DNA of 64,000 bases from a virus, in the IMG/VR virus record IMGVR_UViG_3300010885_031189, positions 1-64,000 of that record. One strand, written 5' to 3'. A program made the position numbers and the translations under genes. Shown piece after piece: positions 26,233-35,911 of the stretch; the first letter of the stretch is position 1, and every line of letters starts with the position of its first letter. The notes under the pieces are model-generated. The model was not told the DNA's origin and did no database searches. It saw only the letters and a program-made list of their open reading frames with translations.

Positions 26233-27495
26233 ATGACAACTACAATTACTGACAAAGAGAAATCTGTCACTATCACCAATCCAAAGATTGATGCATTGGC
26301 CCGTGAAAAACTGGTTACAGCCCGAGTTGGTCTTTTGCTCAAAGCTAGTTTTTTTGGTAATTTGGCAACACGCTTGAAATTGCTTAATGCTGATGATTGG
26401 TGTGCTACTGCAGCAACTGATGGTCGCCATTTCTATTACAATTCTGAATTTATTAATTCACTCAGCCTAACAGAATGTGAATTTCTTTTTGGGCATGAAG
26501 TTTTGCATGTAGTGTATGATCATATTGGACGGCGCGAAGATCGTAATCCTATACTTAGTAACATTGCTGCTGACTATTGTGTCAACCAGGACCTGATTGA
26601 TTACAACATTGGTCAGCGCATTACCAAAGTTAAGATTCTGTATGATCGTAAATACAAAGGCATGAGTTTTGAAGAAGTGTATGATGATTTGTATAAGAAT
26701 GCAACTAAGATCAACATGCAGGATCTGTTTGATCAAATCCTTGATGAGCATATTGGTGGTGATGCTGATGGTGGTGACGGAGTGGGTGAGGGTGATGGAC
26801 CAGGATCTGCAAAGAAGAAAAAGCCTACGCTATCTCAAGAGCAACTGAAAGAGATTAGGGATGAGATCAAAGAAGCAGTACTTCAAGCTGCACAGGCAAG
26901 TGGTGCTTGCAATCTCCCGGCTGGTGTTCAGCGTTTGATTTCAGAAATGACTGAAAGCATCATTAACTGGCGTGAGTTGTTGCTTCAACAAATTCAAAGT
27001 ACTATCAAGCAAGATTATAGTTGGATGCGTACTAGTCGGCGAAGCTGGCATATGGATGCTGTTATGCCTGGAATGATTCCAGGGGATACAGTTGATGTTT
27101 GTATTGCAATTGATACATCAGGGTCTATTAGTGAAAAAGAGCTAAAGATTTTCTTGAGTGAAATCAAGGGTATCATGGAAAGCTACACTGATTATAAGAT
27201 TCATCTGTGGTGTTTTGACACGGCCGTACACAATCCGCAAGTGTTCAATCAAGAGACTATGCATGACATTCTGGCATATGAACCAAAGGGTGGTGGTGGA
27301 ACTGATTTTGATGCCAATTGGACTTTCATGAAAGACAATCAGATTGAACCTAAGAAATTGATTGTGTTTACTGATATGTGTCCATTTGGAAGTTGGGGTG
27401 ATCCTGACTACTGTGATACAGTTTGGATTTCTGTAATGTCTGATACTATTGCACCATTTGGAATCACTGCCAAGTACGAAGACTCCCTGAAATAA
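26233..27495 (+). CDS. Metallopeptidase-like (HExxH) plus VWA domain protein (DUF2201-like), MoxR partner
   Basis: TAATDG, HEVLH, IDTSGS (MIDAS), GGGGTDF and VFTD motifs; ATG 26233 follows SD AGGA. Confidence 0.88.
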   Translation: MTTTITDKEKSVTITNPKIDALAREKLVTARVGLLLKASFFGNLATRLKLLNADDWCATAATDGRHFYYNSEFINSLSLTECEFLFGHEVLHVVYDHIGRREDRNPILSNIAADYCVNQDLIDYNIGQRITKVKILYDRKYKGMSFEEVYDDLYKNATKINMQDLFDQILDEHIGGDADGGDGVGEGDGPGSAKKKKPTLSQEQLKEIRDEIKEAVLQAAQASGACNLPAGVQRLISEMTESIINWRELLLQQIQSTIKQDYSWMRTSRRSWHMDAVMPGMIPGDTVDVCIAIDTSGSISEKELKIFLSEIKGIMESYTDYKIHLWCFDTAVHNPQVFNQETMHDILAYEPKGGGGTDFDANWTFMKDNQIEPKKLIVFTDMCPFGSWGDPDYCDTVWISVMSDTIAPFGITAKYEDSLK

Positions 27496-27505
27496 TCAAT
27501 AGCAT

Positions 27506-27751
27506 ATGACACCAACATCATCAACTGATTTTACTACGCTAGAAATTGCCGTGGAGCGTATTGATGTATTACAGAATCGTTTAATTTTGTGTGAGCAAGT
27601 ATTAGATGATATAGTAAGGTCTCTTGAGATTGCTACTGCGACAGGGCAGATGAGCCTGACTTCAAGTTTTGTTAGGTCTGCGGAAGATTATTTAACTGAC
27701 CGTATGGACTTGGCAGGCGAGAATGCAATGAGTAGTGATGATCAGGGATAA
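27506..27751 (+). CDS. Hypothetical protein
   Basis: 81 aa ORF in operon. Confidence 0.6.
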   Translation: MTPTSSTDFTTLEIAVERIDVLQNRLILCEQVLDDIVRSLEIATATGQMSLTSSFVRSAEDYLTDRMDLAGENAMSSDDQG

Positions 27752-28022
27752 CTTCCCAAATCCATTAAATGTGATGGGGTTGCGGAAAGTTGAACACTTG
27801 CCGCCCCATTTTTATTCCGTTAATTTTGATGTTGGAACAAATAGCAAGAGGATAACGGATTGGATTTGGGAACACCTTGAAGGACGGTTTTATTTTGGTG
27901 ATGTATACAGTCTGGTAGATGGTACTGGGCACGGCTACTTACAAAAGTGTGCAGCCTTTGAGATTCATAGTGAGGCTAGTTATTTTGCATTAGTTCTAGT
28001 AGATTTAAACAGTTATCAATAA
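27735..28022 (+). CDS. Hypothetical protein
   Basis: 95 aa ORF overlapping the previous stop. Confidence 0.65.
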   Translation: MMIRDNFPNPLNVMGLRKVEHLPPHFYSVNFDVGTNSKRITDWIWEHLEGRFYFGDVYSLVDGTGHGYLQKCAAFEIHSEASYFALVLVDLNSYQ

Positions 28023-28084
28023 CTTTTTTTTACAGTAATGAGGCCGCTATTAAATATAGTTATATCTTAATGGAGATTGATTAA

Positions 28085-28300
28085 ATGACTGACACAACCA
28101 AAGAAGAATCCCCAGCATCAGAGGCCCCAAACTTAACATTGCAAGACCTAACATTAGTTGTACAACTACTTCAAGTGGGAGCACAACGAGGTGCTTGGAA
28201 AGCCGATGAATTATCAACGGTCGGGGCATTATATGACAAGTTAGTAGTTTTCTTAACTGCTGCAGGAGTCATTCAGCCTAAGGCTGAGGAAAATAAATAA
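28085..28300 (+). CDS. Hypothetical protein
   Basis: 71 aa ORF with SD GGAG. Confidence 0.7.
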   Translation: MTDTTKEESPASEAPNLTLQDLTLVVQLLQVGAQRGAWKADELSTVGALYDKLVVFLTAAGVIQPKAEENK

Positions 28301-28313
28301 AAAGGAAATTATC

Positions 28314-28973
28314 ATGTATAAACATGTTGCTAAACATAACGATAAGAAAACGGTACTGTTGTGGAGACAAGTGCCCGGTGAGGACCATATGTGCTTGGTA
28401 GCATATAGTGATCTTCTTCCGCGCATCTATCATGATGCTGTAATGAAGGTACTGGAAAGTGACATGGGACAACAAGCTGAGAATTTTTCAGATGCATTAT
28501 TCCGAAGCATGATGCCAGATGGTCGCAATTGTCTTGAAGCATTACATCGTGATGGACTTATCAAAAAAGTTCCTGCGAATCAAGTTATTGTTACACCAAC
28601 AGCATCAAGCTCAGTTCGACTAGATGAGCTAAATAAAATATTGAATGAGATGGCAACCGGGCAATCTGCAATTGACCGCATGGCTAAACTTGATGGTGAA
28701 TATGGATATGCCAAGGCAAAGAAACCTACTGGTAATAAGGTAATTGAACCAGTAGAAAATACTATCCTTAATGAAGGTGTATTGAGTGATAAGGACTTAG
28801 CACAAGACAGATTAAAGCAGGCTGCTACCATGAAAGCCAGTGCTGCTCAATTAATGGCAGAAGCTGAAAGATTGGTAACTGAAGCCACCGCGTTAGACCC
28901 AACTACTACTATTGCCACCAATGACAACCCCATCCCCAAGAAAAAAGCCACGATCAAAGTTAAAAAAGATTAA
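28314..28973 (+). CDS. Hypothetical protein
   Basis: 219 aa ORF with SD AAGGA. Confidence 0.75.
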   Translation: MYKHVAKHNDKKTVLLWRQVPGEDHMCLVAYSDLLPRIYHDAVMKVLESDMGQQAENFSDALFRSMMPDGRNCLEALHRDGLIKKVPANQVIVTPTASSSVRLDELNKILNEMATGQSAIDRMAKLDGEYGYAKAKKPTGNKVIEPVENTILNEGVLSDKDLAQDRLKQAATMKASAAQLMAEAERLVTEATALDPTTTIATNDNPIPKKKATIKVKKD

Positions 28974-29265
28974 CTTTTCTGTAAGGGATAAGTGGAAACA
29001 TATCCTGAAAGATGTTGAAAAGAAAGAAATTCCAGTAACTTTTTTACAGGCTATCGCAGTGACTTTGATAGATGGTACTGTAGTTGACATTAATATCAAA
29101 GAATTAATAATGGCCGGTACTGATCCAGATGACATTGAAATCATGATTGATGCTAAACTAAAAGCACTTGATGATATCATTCATGATGTTGATTTTTTCA
29201 TCAGCATAGATGATGTTGTTAATACTGTCCAACCCGTAACTGATGAACTATTAAAAGATTTATGA
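28912..29265 (+). CDS. Hypothetical protein
   Basis: 117 aa ORF coupled to DHFR (ATGA overlap); start uncertain. Confidence 0.6.
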   Translation: MPPMTTPSPRKKPRSKLKKINFSVRDKWKHILKDVEKKEIPVTFLQAIAVTLIDGTVVDINIKELIMAGTDPDDIEIMIDAKLKALDDIIHDVDFFISIDDVVNTVQPVTDELLKDL

Positions 29266-29774
29266 TTGCAGCTATTTTCGCAGTTGACCCCAATGGTGGG
29301 ATAGGGTATGAAGGTACATTACCCTGGCCCAAGAATAGTGCCGACTTGAAATGGTTCAAAAATAATACACAAGGTCAAATTGTGGTGATGGGAAGGCATA
29401 CTTGGGATGATCCACTGATGCCAAAACCATTACCGAATCGTGCAAATATTGTAATTAGTAACCGAGCATTGGATGACTATCCCACCGTCACTGTATTTTC
29501 TGGTGATTGGTTAACATCATTGAAACTGTTACGAAATAATATCAATGACAAAGATATTTTTATCATTGGTGGGGCACAAATCCTCCAACAATGTCTTCCA
29601 ATCTTAGATAAAATTTATCTAACAAAAATCAACACTGCATATCCAAGTGATGTTACAATAGATGTAGACAGTTATCTGTCTGAATTTGAATGCACTTACT
29701 ATAGCCCAACTTCAACTTGCACTTTCACAATTTATGAAAAATTATCTAGAAGCACTACAATATATACTGGATAA
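29262..29774 (+). CDS. folA: Dihydrofolate reductase
   Basis: GIGYEGTLPW, DLKWFK, VMGRHTW, PLPNR and FIIGGAQI motifs. Confidence 0.95.
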   Translation: MIAAIFAVDPNGGIGYEGTLPWPKNSADLKWFKNNTQGQIVVMGRHTWDDPLMPKPLPNRANIVISNRALDDYPTVTVFSGDWLTSLKLLRNNINDKDIFIIGGAQILQQCLPILDKIYLTKINTAYPSDVTIDVDSYLSEFECTYYSPTSTCTFTIYEKLSRSTTIYTG

Positions 29775-30615
29775 CGGTACTGAACGAGGTGACCGTACTG
29801 GCACTGGCACATTATCTGTATTTGGTATGCAACATCGGTATGATCTTGCAAAAGGGTTCCCTGCTGTAACTACAAAAAAACTAGCATGGAAAGCTATGGT
29901 AGGTGAACTACTTTGGTTCATTGAGGGTGGTAGTTCAGAACGAAGACTAGCTGAAATTACACACGGTACTAGTGAAGGTACTACTACTATTTGGACGCCG
30001 AATGCATTAGCTCCTTACTGGAAACCCAAAGCACAATTTGATGGTGATTTAGGGCGAGTGTATGGTGTACAATGGAGACATTGGAGAGGAGTCAAGCCAA
30101 TGCATCATCCTGAAATGCCAGCTAGTGTTAATGTAGCAACAGAAGTTGATCAATTGGCTGTATTGATTTCTGGAATCAAATCTGATCCCAATGGTCGCCG
30201 TCATATTTTATCTGCCTGGAAGGTTGATGAACTTGATCAAATGGCATTGCCTCCATGCCATGTAATGAGTCAATTTTATGTTGCCAATGGTAAGTTATCT
30301 TGTCAGATGTATCAACGGTCTGCAGATTTCTTTCTGGGTGTACCATTCAACATTGCATCATATGCTCTACTAACTCATATGATTGCGCAAGTGTGCGGTT
30401 TAGAAGTAGGTGAGTTTATTCACTCTATTGGTGATGCCCATGTGTATTGTAATCATATTGAGCAGGTCCGTGCGCAGCTATTGCGTGAACCATTTCCAAG
30501 TCCTAAGTTATGGTTGAATCCTGAAATCAAATCAATTGATGATTTCAAGATGAGTGATTTTAGGCTTGATGGTTATACCAGTCACGGTGCTCTTACTGCC
30601 CCAATGGCAGTGTGA
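29734..30615 (+). CDS. thyA: Thymidylate synthase
   Basis: DRTGTGT, ELLWF, GRVYGVQWR, MALPPCH, YQRSAD, PFNIASY and GDAHVY motifs; ATG 29734 preferred. Confidence 0.97.
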   Translation: MKNYLEALQYILDNGTERGDRTGTGTLSVFGMQHRYDLAKGFPAVTTKKLAWKAMVGELLWFIEGGSSERRLAEITHGTSEGTTTIWTPNALAPYWKPKAQFDGDLGRVYGVQWRHWRGVKPMHHPEMPASVNVATEVDQLAVLISGIKSDPNGRRHILSAWKVDELDQMALPPCHVMSQFYVANGKLSCQMYQRSADFFLGVPFNIASYALLTHMIAQVCGLEVGEFIHSIGDAHVYCNHIEQVRAQLLREPFPSPKLWLNPEIKSIDDFKMSDFRLDGYTSHGALTAPMAV

Positions 30616-31016
30616 TTAGTATCTTTGAATGTTTCATCATTTGCTAGAGGTTGTAGCAAATGTATGAGCGCACCTTCTAATGCAGTGAGTGCAGTTTCTG
30701 AAGTTAGTTCGGTGTAGTAGATTGTCCATTCTTTTGGATTCATATTCGTATTATGTTCACGAAGTTGTTTCCATCCCTTAGGGTCCGTTTGATATGATTT
30801 TGTTTGGCCGTGAGCCTTAGGCCAGTGAGTATCTTGTCTATTGCGGATCCATCCTTTACCTACATAGATGGGGCGTTGTTCATCATCTTCTATGATATAG
30901 ATACCTCTAGCATTAGATGGTATTTCTTTATAGTACCGCCAAGGTAGTTGATGGATTTGTGTTTTTATGTTTAGTAATTTATTACAAATATCAATTGTTT
31001 GTAGGATTGATATCAT
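30582..31016 (-). CDS. GIY-YIG endonuclease-like protein
   Basis: GIYII..(9 aa)..IYVGKG, RNRQ..H, LEG.LI...QP.AN pattern. Confidence 0.8.
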   Translation of the reverse strand: MISILQTIDICNKLLNIKTQIHQLPWRYYKEIPSNARGIYIIEDDEQRPIYVGKGWIRNRQDTHWPKAHGQTKSYQTDPKGWKQLREHNTNMNPKEWTIYYTELTSETALTALEGALIHLLQPLANDETFKDTNHTAIGAVRAP

Positions 31017-31198
31017 GGTAATGGAATTCTTATGATATCTGATTCTGTAACGAATAGTGTAGTAGCGCCGTTACATATCCGTAGTGGATTTTCTGTAACA
31101 ATTGTGAACACTGACTTTAGCTGATAAAGATTAGCGAAATGAATGGAGGGAACAAAGGTGGGACTTATCGTACAAGTTGGTATCATTTCAACTTTCAA
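31013..31198 (-). CDS. Hypothetical protein
   Basis: 61 aa ORF coupled to the GIY-YIG gene; start uncertain. Confidence 0.4.
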   Translation of the reverse strand: MKVEMIPTCTISPTFVPSIHFANLYQLKSVFTIVTENPLRICNGATTLFVTESDIIRIPLP

Positions 31199-31204
31199 TC
31201 AAGT

Positions 31205-31236
31205 GTAATAAGTATCATCGTAATGATACTTATTAC
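31205..31236. repeat. Perfect 14-bp inverted repeat
   Basis: GTAATAAGTATCAT-CGTA-ATGATACTTATTAC. Confidence 0.9.
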
Positions 31237-31258
31237 TACTGGTGATAGGTAGAAATAA

Positions 31259-31795
31259 TTACGCAGTGATGCGGGCTATGAGAATTTTACTGATAGAAGT
31301 TGCAGTAAGCACCTTATTTGCAGGTAACAATCTGTAAGTTATAGCAGTCATAGATGAATTATCAAAGTTGATCTCACCTGACAGCACAAAAATACAAGTA
31401 GCATTAGGTTCAGAATATGTTTCGCCTTGTGGTAGAGTATAGATATCACTAGTCCAGGTAGAATTTTTATTATCCGGTGATACACAATACCTAGTAGCAT
31501 GCGGACTCACGACTTTCATTTTACTAATTAGTGTACTATCTGATGGAACACTTGCCATGTAAGTAGCGAAAGTTTCATCATATTGATCACGCCAAGTTTC
31601 TCCAACATTCATAATCCTAGAGTAATCACCTATAGAATATAATATAGACCCATTGGCATAAATGCTGCCACCTGACATTCTAGTTTGTTCAGATGGTCCT
31701 GACGCTGGATATTTCCATCGCTGTTCATCGCCTTGATATTGAACATTTTGTGATACGGTAAAACCTGCAACTTTGGTAGATGAAAATGTAAACAT
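31259..31795 (-). CDS. Hypothetical protein (possible cupin-like C-terminus)
   Basis: 178 aa; IFVLSGEINF motif; last gene of the tail fibre run. Confidence 0.55.
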   Translation of the reverse strand: MFTFSSTKVAGFTVSQNVQYQGDEQRWKYPASGPSEQTRMSGGSIYANGSILYSIGDYSRIMNVGETWRDQYDETFATYMASVPSDSTLISKMKVVSPHATRYCVSPDNKNSTWTSDIYTLPQGETYSEPNATCIFVLSGEINFDNSSMTAITYRLLPANKVLTATSISKILIARITA

Positions 31796-31804
31796 GGGTA
31801 TCCC

Positions 31805-32215
31805 TTAAATAGTAGAGTTGTCAGGCTTTGGATTAGCAGTTTTTATTGCATTTATAACATCATAAAACGGTTGTGATTTAGGTGTATCTCCGGTATCCAT
31901 AGAGTGCCATAGCATATCTAATTGTTCGTTAATACTAGGATATATACTTTTTCTAGCAATTCTGTATGCGTATGCAGATGCATCATCTGCTGGTAATGCA
32001 ACCGCTGTTGAAATTGGAGCTATTACTTTTCCACCTGGGATAATTTTCTTTGTTACAACATCAACTGCATCTGTTGTACTATCTGATTGTTCAGCTAATA
32101 AAAATTCACCCGGCCAAGGACCTACTTGAAGAGGTAGTACAGAGTCATCACATGAGCCAGTCCGTAATATAACTCCATTGCTATTATAGATTGTAAAATA
32201 GGTTTGCATATTCAT
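31805..32215 (-). CDS. Tail fibre assembly/chaperone-like protein
   Basis: R...YPSINEQLDMLWH...IKTANPKP C-terminus; follows a fibre gene. Confidence 0.6.
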   Translation of the reverse strand: MNMQTYFTIYNSNGVILRTGSCDDSVLPLQVGPWPGEFLLAEQSDSTTDAVDVVTKKIIPGGKVIAPISTAVALPADDASAYAYRIARKSIYPSINEQLDMLWHSMDTGDTPKSQPFYDVINAIKTANPKPDNSTI

Positions 32216-32236
32216 TATTTCTTAATTATTGTTACA

Positions 32237-34078
32237 TTATACTGCATAATCTCTCCATATGCGTATGATTGTCGTACAATATCCATCTTTAGCAACCATA
32301 TGCATACTGGGAGAACCATCTGTAGTTGTAATTGCTGCAGATATATCAGCGGCAGTAGCTAATGTAAATCTACCAACGCCGAATATAGTTGCGGTTTGCC
32401 AATCTCCTACTGTATTTACTCCGGCTGTACTTAAAACCTCATACACTATTAGGTCAGGAACCCAAAAAGTATACTCAGTGCCAGGATCAACCTTACTGCC
32501 ACCAATCGTTTCAGTGACATAAGACCCAGTGTTTGCAATAGTAGTTGGATTTCTAATAATAGCGGTATAACATGAATCATTTGTATCGCTACCCGCAGAT
32601 TTCACTGGGACTGATAACTCATAAAAATATGTACCTGCTTGCAAATTTATTCTATACAAATCAGTATCCACTGCACCACAATGATTATTTAATGCGGCCG
32701 CATCTAATGGAAGAGGTAGCCAATAATTAAGAGGTATGCCTGGACCTGGACCTGGACCTTTATAAGTTCTCACATAATCGGGCAATGATGCGCCGGGAGC
32801 TATTTTATTAATTGTTATTGCATCAGTAGCAATAGCTTCAGTCACTACTGTTCCATGTACTAACAAATTACCATTGATAGATACATTGCCATTCATTGCA
32901 ATATTACCACCAGTAACAGAAAATGGATTTTTACTGCCACCATCTGTAAATATTTTGAAAGTATCAGCATTTATAATAAATTCAGATGGTCCGGTTATTC
33001 CTGACAAAATCTGGAATCCTGCGATGTGTCCACCTGCATTTAAAGTAACTCCATATTTTGCAGAGACACCATTAATTGAACTTGATAGCGTTGATACATT
33101 AGAAGTTAAATTACCAACAGTGGATGTTACACCTGATATCTGGGTAGCATAAGAACTAGTTGCATTAGCTACTGCTTCTGCAAAGTCAAGTATTCCAGCA
33201 GAAGTAGTTACATTGCCTGTAGTAATACTTGCATACAGTGAATCTATGCGTGATGCTATTGCTAAATTGGCAGTTGTTTGTGTTTGTTCGGTGCTTCTTA
33301 TCCAAGCTGATGTATTAGAAGTTAATGTTGTAACATTAGATTCTAGTCCACTAATTCTAGTGCCATAACTACCAGTCGCATTAGCTACTGCCGATGCAAA
33401 ATCAAGAATTCCAGCAGTAGTAGTTACATTACCTGTTGTGACATTTGCTAATAGCGTATCTATTCTCTGAGCTATTGCTAAGTTTGCAGATGCATAAACA
33501 TAGTCAACATGACTGATCAATGCTGTTGTATTAGATTCCAACGAATTATAGTTAGCTTGCAGTGTCTCTACATGTGTTGCCAGAGAATAAGTTGCAGTAG
33601 CTACTGCTTCATAGAAGTCAGTTATTCCCGCAGAAGTTGTTACACCACCTGACGTAAGATTAGCCCCTAATGTCATTATAGTATTTGCCCATGCTATATT
33701 AGCATTTGCGAATGTATTAGATAGATAGGTAATCCAAGCAGTAGAATTACTAGAGGTGGAACTTAAATTACCAGCGAGGCCTGCTATATTTGCCATTACT
33801 GAATCTTCTGGAATACGAACATTGACCCAACCAGATGGTTTATAATAACTTAGTCTATCATTTCCAATATCATACCATGTTTGTCCTAGTAAAGGATGTG
33901 CTGGTTGAACATTACTTGCAAAATTTTCAACAAGATGTACTAAATTAGTGTTTACTGATGTACCATAATTAATAGAACCTCTACCTACTAGTGATATACT
34001 AGTTGCAGAGGTATTAATTGTCTGTTCTGGTACGGCAACTAGTAAGTTACCATTTGATCTATATATACTGTATGTCAT
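32237..34078 (-). CDS. Tail fibre with 72-aa repeats and a lambda-J-like C-terminal (DUF1983-like) segment
   Basis: N-terminal anchor (HLVENFA..P..GQTWYD), three repeats 216 nt apart, then SAKYGVTLNAGGHIAGF..SEFIINADTFKI. Confidence 0.75.
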   Translation of the reverse strand: MTYSIYRSNGNLLVAVPEQTINTSATSISLVGRGSINYGTSVNTNLVHLVENFASNVQPAHPLLGQTWYDIGNDRLSYYKPSGWVNVRIPEDSVMANIAGLAGNLSSTSSNSTAWITYLSNTFANANIAWANTIMTLGANLTSGGVTTSAGITDFYEAVATATYSLATHVETLQANYNSLESNTTALISHVDYVYASANLAIAQRIDTLLANVTTGNVTTTAGILDFASAVANATGSYGTRISGLESNVTTLTSNTSAWIRSTEQTQTTANLAIASRIDSLYASITTGNVTTSAGILDFAEAVANATSSYATQISGVTSTVGNLTSNVSTLSSSINGVSAKYGVTLNAGGHIAGFQILSGITGPSEFIINADTFKIFTDGGSKNPFSVTGGNIAMNGNVSINGNLLVHGTVVTEAIATDAITINKIAPGASLPDYVRTYKGPGPGPGIPLNYWLPLPLDAAALNNHCGAVDTDLYRINLQAGTYFYELSVPVKSAGSDTNDSCYTAIIRNPTTIANTGSYVTETIGGSKVDPGTEYTFWVPDLIVYEVLSTAGVNTVGDWQTATIFGVGRFTLATAADISAAITTTDGSPSMHMVAKDGYCTTIIRIWRDYAV

Positions 34079-34129
34079 TCTAGTTTATTTCTGTAGTTAA
34101 TATTGATAGGTACTGTGTGCATTTAATAC

Positions 34130-34137
34130 TATTTATG
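34130..34137 (-). promoter_or_regulatory. Late promoter-like CATAAATA
   Basis: Upstream of the fibre gene starting at 34078. Confidence 0.5.
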
Positions 34138-34171
34138 CCAGGTTACCTATTTCAAGAAACCTGTGTGCATA

Positions 34172-35905
34172 TTATGGAGTTTTACGTAGAATTATTAATA
34201 TTGCTCTATTGTCTGCAAATATGCCATACCCTTTATTCTCAGCAGGTACATCTTCATAATGTCCACCCATCATATCTTGAGAGCCGGTGTCATTAACAAA
34301 ATACTGATATGCAGGTATAAACACTGATTGTCTCATTCGTTGTGGAACTGTTGCCCCGGTGTTATTTACCGCAAGTATAGCTGATGAACTGGCATGCCAC
34401 GTTTGTGCGGCTGTAATAGTATTACTACCAGTATACTCTAAATTATTTAATTCTGATGTATTATAGTCTATACTATCCGATCCAATCAACAGACTAATCA
34501 TACCGCTAGGCAAATCATATTGGAAATATGTATTATCAGGTCCAGTATTTCCAACAGGAGTGTATGGTCCTTGATATATAGACCAACCACCAGGTATTAA
34601 TGCACTATACGCTGCGACACCATAATTATGTACCCCATCCCAATTGTTCCAGTGGAAGTCAGTATATACATTGCTTGGTGCATTAGCGCAGTCTCCGGTA
34701 ACCTGAGATATTGATAACGCATGAGCTAGTGGTATATTTGTTAGTACATATGGAGAAGCATCAGCGTCTGGTGTCGTTACAGGAATCGGAGTAGCTGCAT
34801 TCCAGTATACATTACGACCAGACACCCATGTTAATGTTGTCCATTTTGCAACAGTAATAGAGCATGATGCTGCGTCGGAGAAGTGATAATTTACTTTAGT
34901 ATTCTGCTGTGAATAGTTGTTTTCATGGTAGCCTGTAGTAGATGCATCTCCCGGGTAAATAGTTGCTTGAAAAGGTACGCCTCCCGATTGGGACCCAGTT
35001 CCATCATGCGAAAGAAAACTTCTAAACAAGTTAGTTCGGTTGTTCCAGAAATAGTTTGCTAGTTCAAGTTGAGTTGATCCAGGAGCTAAATTAATACCTA
35101 CACTAATCGCATTAGTTGGAACAATACCATTTAATGTCAAGGTGAATGTTTTTCCACTGCTGGTTGTAGTGAATGTGAATATAATTTCGCTAGCTCCACC
35201 TGCAGTAAAGTGTAGCCCTGTTAATGGTGCTGAATTAATATCAGCAGAAGTAACACCTGTTATAGTGAAAGGTATTGCTGTTCCATTTACAACATTAGTT
35301 GTTGCTAAGTGTATGGTAACTGTTCCACCTACATCAACCGTTGCAGCACTTCTAGATAAAGTATATGTAGGATCAGATGAAGTAATAGAAGTATCATTAA
35401 TGATAAGATTACTTGTTGCTACTATTGGACCTGAACCTGAACCAGTATGTAAATTGAATGTTGCTATTTCTAGACCTTCGGTTAAATTATCAGCATTAAT
35501 TGTTCTAGAAAAAGAAGCAGTATTACTGACTATGGAAGCAGTCCCGGTTAACACACCGTCAGTAAAGTCTGCAGTAGTAATTCCGGTACCACTTGTTGTC
35601 CAGTATACTGTACTGTTTGGAACTCCTACTGAAGTAATCGTAAATATTACAGTATCACCTTCATTTTTAGTAATAATTGTTGGAGTCATTATATAGGATG
35701 ATGCAGAGGCCCCGTGAAAATTACCAATTGATATAGTTCCTGCTGCAGGAATTGCTGTTTGAACATTGTTTGGGTATCCAACTGCACCACTGGCAGTATA
35801 TGATCCGCCTGCATAATATTCACTTATAGCTACAGGGTTAGTTCCACCAAATTCTATTTGTATATTCCCTAATGATAGTGGATTTGCGTAAACTGGTAAG
35901 GTCAC
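34172..35905 (-). CDS. Tail fibre tip/adhesin-like protein with Ig/Calx-beta-like domains
   Basis: N-terminal LSLGNIQIEFGGTNPVAISEYY; NEGDTV.FTI and ADNLTEGLE motifs. Confidence 0.6.
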   Translation of the reverse strand: MTLPVYANPLSLGNIQIEFGGTNPVAISEYYAGGSYTASGAVGYPNNVQTAIPAAGTISIGNFHGASASSYIMTPTIITKNEGDTVIFTITSVGVPNSTVYWTTSGTGITTADFTDGVLTGTASIVSNTASFSRTINADNLTEGLEIATFNLHTGSGSGPIVATSNLIINDTSITSSDPTYTLSRSAATVDVGGTVTIHLATTNVVNGTAIPFTITGVTSADINSAPLTGLHFTAGGASEIIFTFTTTSSGKTFTLTLNGIVPTNAISVGINLAPGSTQLELANYFWNNRTNLFRSFLSHDGTGSQSGGVPFQATIYPGDASTTGYHENNYSQQNTKVNYHFSDAASCSITVAKWTTLTWVSGRNVYWNAATPIPVTTPDADASPYVLTNIPLAHALSISQVTGDCANAPSNVYTDFHWNNWDGVHNYGVAAYSALIPGGWSIYQGPYTPVGNTGPDNTYFQYDLPSGMISLLIGSDSIDYNTSELNNLEYTGSNTITAAQTWHASSSAILAVNNTGATVPQRMRQSVFIPAYQYFVNDTGSQDMMGGHYEDVPAENKGYGIFADNRAILIILRKTP

Positions 35906-35911
35906 AGTAAG

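Noticed and set aside
29734-30615. thyA as a dCMP/dUMP hydroxymethylase feeding the glycosyltransferase
   Set aside because: It keeps canonical ThyA motifs, including the dUMP-specifying Asn in PFNIASY, and is paired with DHFR.
34113-34170. 10-bp direct repeat CTGTGTGCAT between fibre genes as an invertase/shufflon site
   Set aside because: Direct rather than inverted, only two copies, and no recombinase in the window.
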